Assembly (NCBI RefSeq): GCF_009914755.1
Contig: NC_060925.1
From: the human T2T-CHM13v2.0 reference genome, Homo sapiens
Strand: one strand, 5' to 3'
Length of the DNA stretch: 64,000 bases
A program made the translations under genes and the position numbers. Shown here one piece after another: positions 61,269-64,000 of this stretch (positions within the stretch are counted from its first letter, which is position 1; each line of letters begins with the position of its first letter). Under the pieces are notes generated by a model. The model saw nothing but the letters and a program-made list of their open reading frames with translations. It did not search any database and had not been told where the DNA came from.

Positions 61269-62440
61269 GAGAGGAAGATTCTAAAATTCTCAGATGCATA
61301 CTTGTCACAATATAATCTCAGAGTCCTTGAGATTAGATAATTCTGAGATTGGGGGAAGGAAAAAGAGAAGATGGAAAAGTGATTTTGATAAGAGAAGGTA
61401 GGAGGGACTGGATAGGATTCCTTTAACTGGGAAGCAGAAAAAGCAACTTTCATCAGGGGCCAGGGAGCAAATGGTAGAAACACAGAACAAGCTACAACAC
61501 AGAACAAACACAGAACAACCTTGAGTGTGGACACCACATCAGATGAATAACCTGCCCATTGACATTACTAGGCATGGTTAGCACCAGTCAACATGAATTG
61601 ATGGGACAGAGAGAGGGATGTTTGTCACCTTGATGGAGAAAGTGTCATGATGGAAAAACCTGGCAATGTGGGAGCAAACAACTGATTGCAATTCCCCTGA
61701 GAGTGGTGCGGGAATGACATACCAACACCATCCCATGTAATACGGGCTGCTTTCTTTTTCTCCTTCTTTTCTATTGTGAATGGGAGAGCAGTGTCATCCC
61801 CTGTGTATCTCCAGCCATCCATTAGAGCTTCTCATGTATAGCAGGCACTTGAAATAATTTGTTCAATGACAAAGCCAATATATGAAGTAATTTGTCCAAA
61901 TTAACACAGTGAGTTTAATAATCTGACTAGGACCAAAAGCCAGGGCCTCAATTGAAGTCCAGTAGTTCTTCCAAATGTTTTCTGTCTTAACATACGCACA
62001 GAAGGATGGATGAATAAAACAGATAAAGGACAGAACTCTGATGGGAGGAGGGGTTACACAGAGCACAGTTTTAAATGCACGTTTTTATTCTGAGTTCTGA
62101 TTCTGCCCAAGTAACAATGCCGTTCCTCTCAGTCAGTAACTGTGGCTTCCAGGAAGTATAACTGCTTGAGCACAGGACATTATTATTCAATTTACATCGA
62201 CCAAGCAGAGACTGCCTGATGACATTGTAGATAGACGGTATTTGTGGCTTTGAGACTAATGATTTGAGTTTTTCTCCTAGTTTAGGTTTGTGTCCTTACG
62301 AGCATGTCAGAGCTGTGGTCAAATCTAAGTAGCTCCAATATCAGAGAGTAGAAGTAAGTTTTCCTTGAGTATTACAACAATGCCAGCCAGCCGCTGTGTT
62401 CAGTTCCCAAAAATGAAAGAAATATTGGAGACCATCTAGT

Positions 62441-63005
62441 CTAGTGGTTTTCAGCTGAAGGTGATTGTTCTCTTCCAGAAGCCACTTGGCAATCTCTGGC
62501 GACATTTTTGATTGATAATTAGCTTGTCTTAGTGTGGACTGGTACAACAAATTACCATAGACTGGATGGTTTAAACAATAAAAATGTATTTCTCATAGTT
62601 CTGGAGGCTGGAAAATCCAAGATCAGGCTTCCAGCATTGTTGGGTTCTCGGGAGGCCTTCTTCCTGGTTTGCCGATTGCCATCTTCTTGCTGTGTCTTCA
62701 CAAGGCAGAGAGCAGAGAGAGAGGAAGCAAGGCACTAATCTCATTATGAGAGTTCCACCCTCATGACCTAATCATCTCCCAAAAGCCTCATCTCCAAACA
62801 CCATCACATTAGGGATTAGGGTTCAACATATGAATTTAGGGGGAACACAGGCTTTCAGTCTATAGCGCAGAGGATGCTCCTGGCATGTAGTGAGTAGTGG
62901 CCAGGGCTGCTGCTAAGTATCCCCCCATACACAGAACATCCTCCTGCTATAAAGAATTATCTGTCCCAAAATGTCAACAGTATTGCAGTCAAAAAGAACT
63001 TCTAA
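62441..63005 (+). mobile_element. MER20 hAT element split by an MLT1A-like LTR (62525-62866, minus strand)
   Basis: tagtggttttcagctg...ttggcaatctctggcgacatttttg | ctggcat...ggccagggctgctgctaa...aagaattatctgtcccaaaatgtcaacagt. Confidence 0.85.
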
Positions 63006-64000
63006 TTCAGTTCATATTTTTCCCAAAGTAGAATTCGTCTACAGTGACCTTGATATGGAATTTTCCAGCTTCTGGTTGAATATGTCCAGAGATTTAGTAC
63101 TAGCTCACTCTTTCACTACTGAATGCTAGCTTAGTTGCTTGTTTTTGGTGCCCCAGAATGCTGAATGCATATTATCACATTGTTTCATAATTACATGATT
63201 TTTGTGTCTCATCTATTACAGGATGAGCTCCTTGAAAAGCTAATCATATTTCATACTCATCTTTGCATTATCGGCTTCTGCATAATGCTTGGTACTGAAA
63301 ATATCACTTAATAACTATTCGGTGAATAAACAAATGAAAGATGAGAAGTCTTTCATTTTAAGTTACATCCTATCTTTAGACTGGAAATCTCATGCTTATG
63401 TTCTACCCATTGAAAGTTTTCTCTTGGACTGGAGATGGAAGAGACAGACCACTTGTTGCACCACTCTATCTTGCCCTTTGCCTCAAGGCTGTCCTTGTGA
63501 GTTTGGGAACTATACATATTCTTAGTTTGAACTTTTCTCTCATTGGAAGTAAAACTTTCCATAAAAGTGCCAAAACTGGGGGCAAATGGAAAGCATTTTA
63601 TCATCAACAAGTTTAATTTGCTGAGTGCTTTGCATTAAAATCACTGAAGTGAGTTGGGCTGGCCAATTCCCAAACTCTATTGCCAAACCGAGAGGCACTT
63701 TCTCATCCTTCCTTTAAATGGCAATGAGCCATTGGATCGCTGAACTTGGACCTATATTGGAAGGAAGAATAGAGTATGAAAACCAATTTTCCCATGGGGT
63801 TGAAAAGGCCAGAGTGACTTACCATACTTTTCCAACTCTAGTTTAAAGTCTGTAAATAATAATGTAACTCACATTTGTAAAGAGCTTATATAAGCCTTAG
63901 ACATCTGTCCTATCTTTTTTAAAGAAAATATGGGAGCAAACAATTTCTTCTATTAAAACACTAATATATTGTGGCACAGAATGCAACACTGGCATGATAT

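Overview
Primate (very likely human or great-ape) non-coding genomic DNA, AT-rich and dominated by interspersed repeats: L1 (young L1PA and old L1M), Alu, MIR, L2, L3, MaLR/ERVL LTRs, hAT DNA-transposon fossils and microsatellites. No host protein-coding exon, RNA gene or CRISPR array is supportable; the long ORFs are L1 ORF2 or HERV-L pol/dUTPase pieces. Notable structure: (1) two independently inserted, 5'-inverted L1s about 6 kb apart, with different target-site duplications (TSDs) and subfamily-type 3' UTRs, that share many non-consensus mutations, including a ~614-bp identical tract, pointing to repeated local gene conversion; (2) a THE1(MaLR)/HERV-L chimera with two U5-type ends, flanked by one 5-bp TSD inside a continuous L2; (3) a fold-back micro-inversion at the 5' end of a short L1PA2; (4) a 15-nt L1 3' transduction; (5) several repeat-free, homeobox-motif-rich islands that may be enhancers. 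Subfamily names come from remembered consensus diagnostics, alignments were done by eye, and boundaries of old repeats are approximate.
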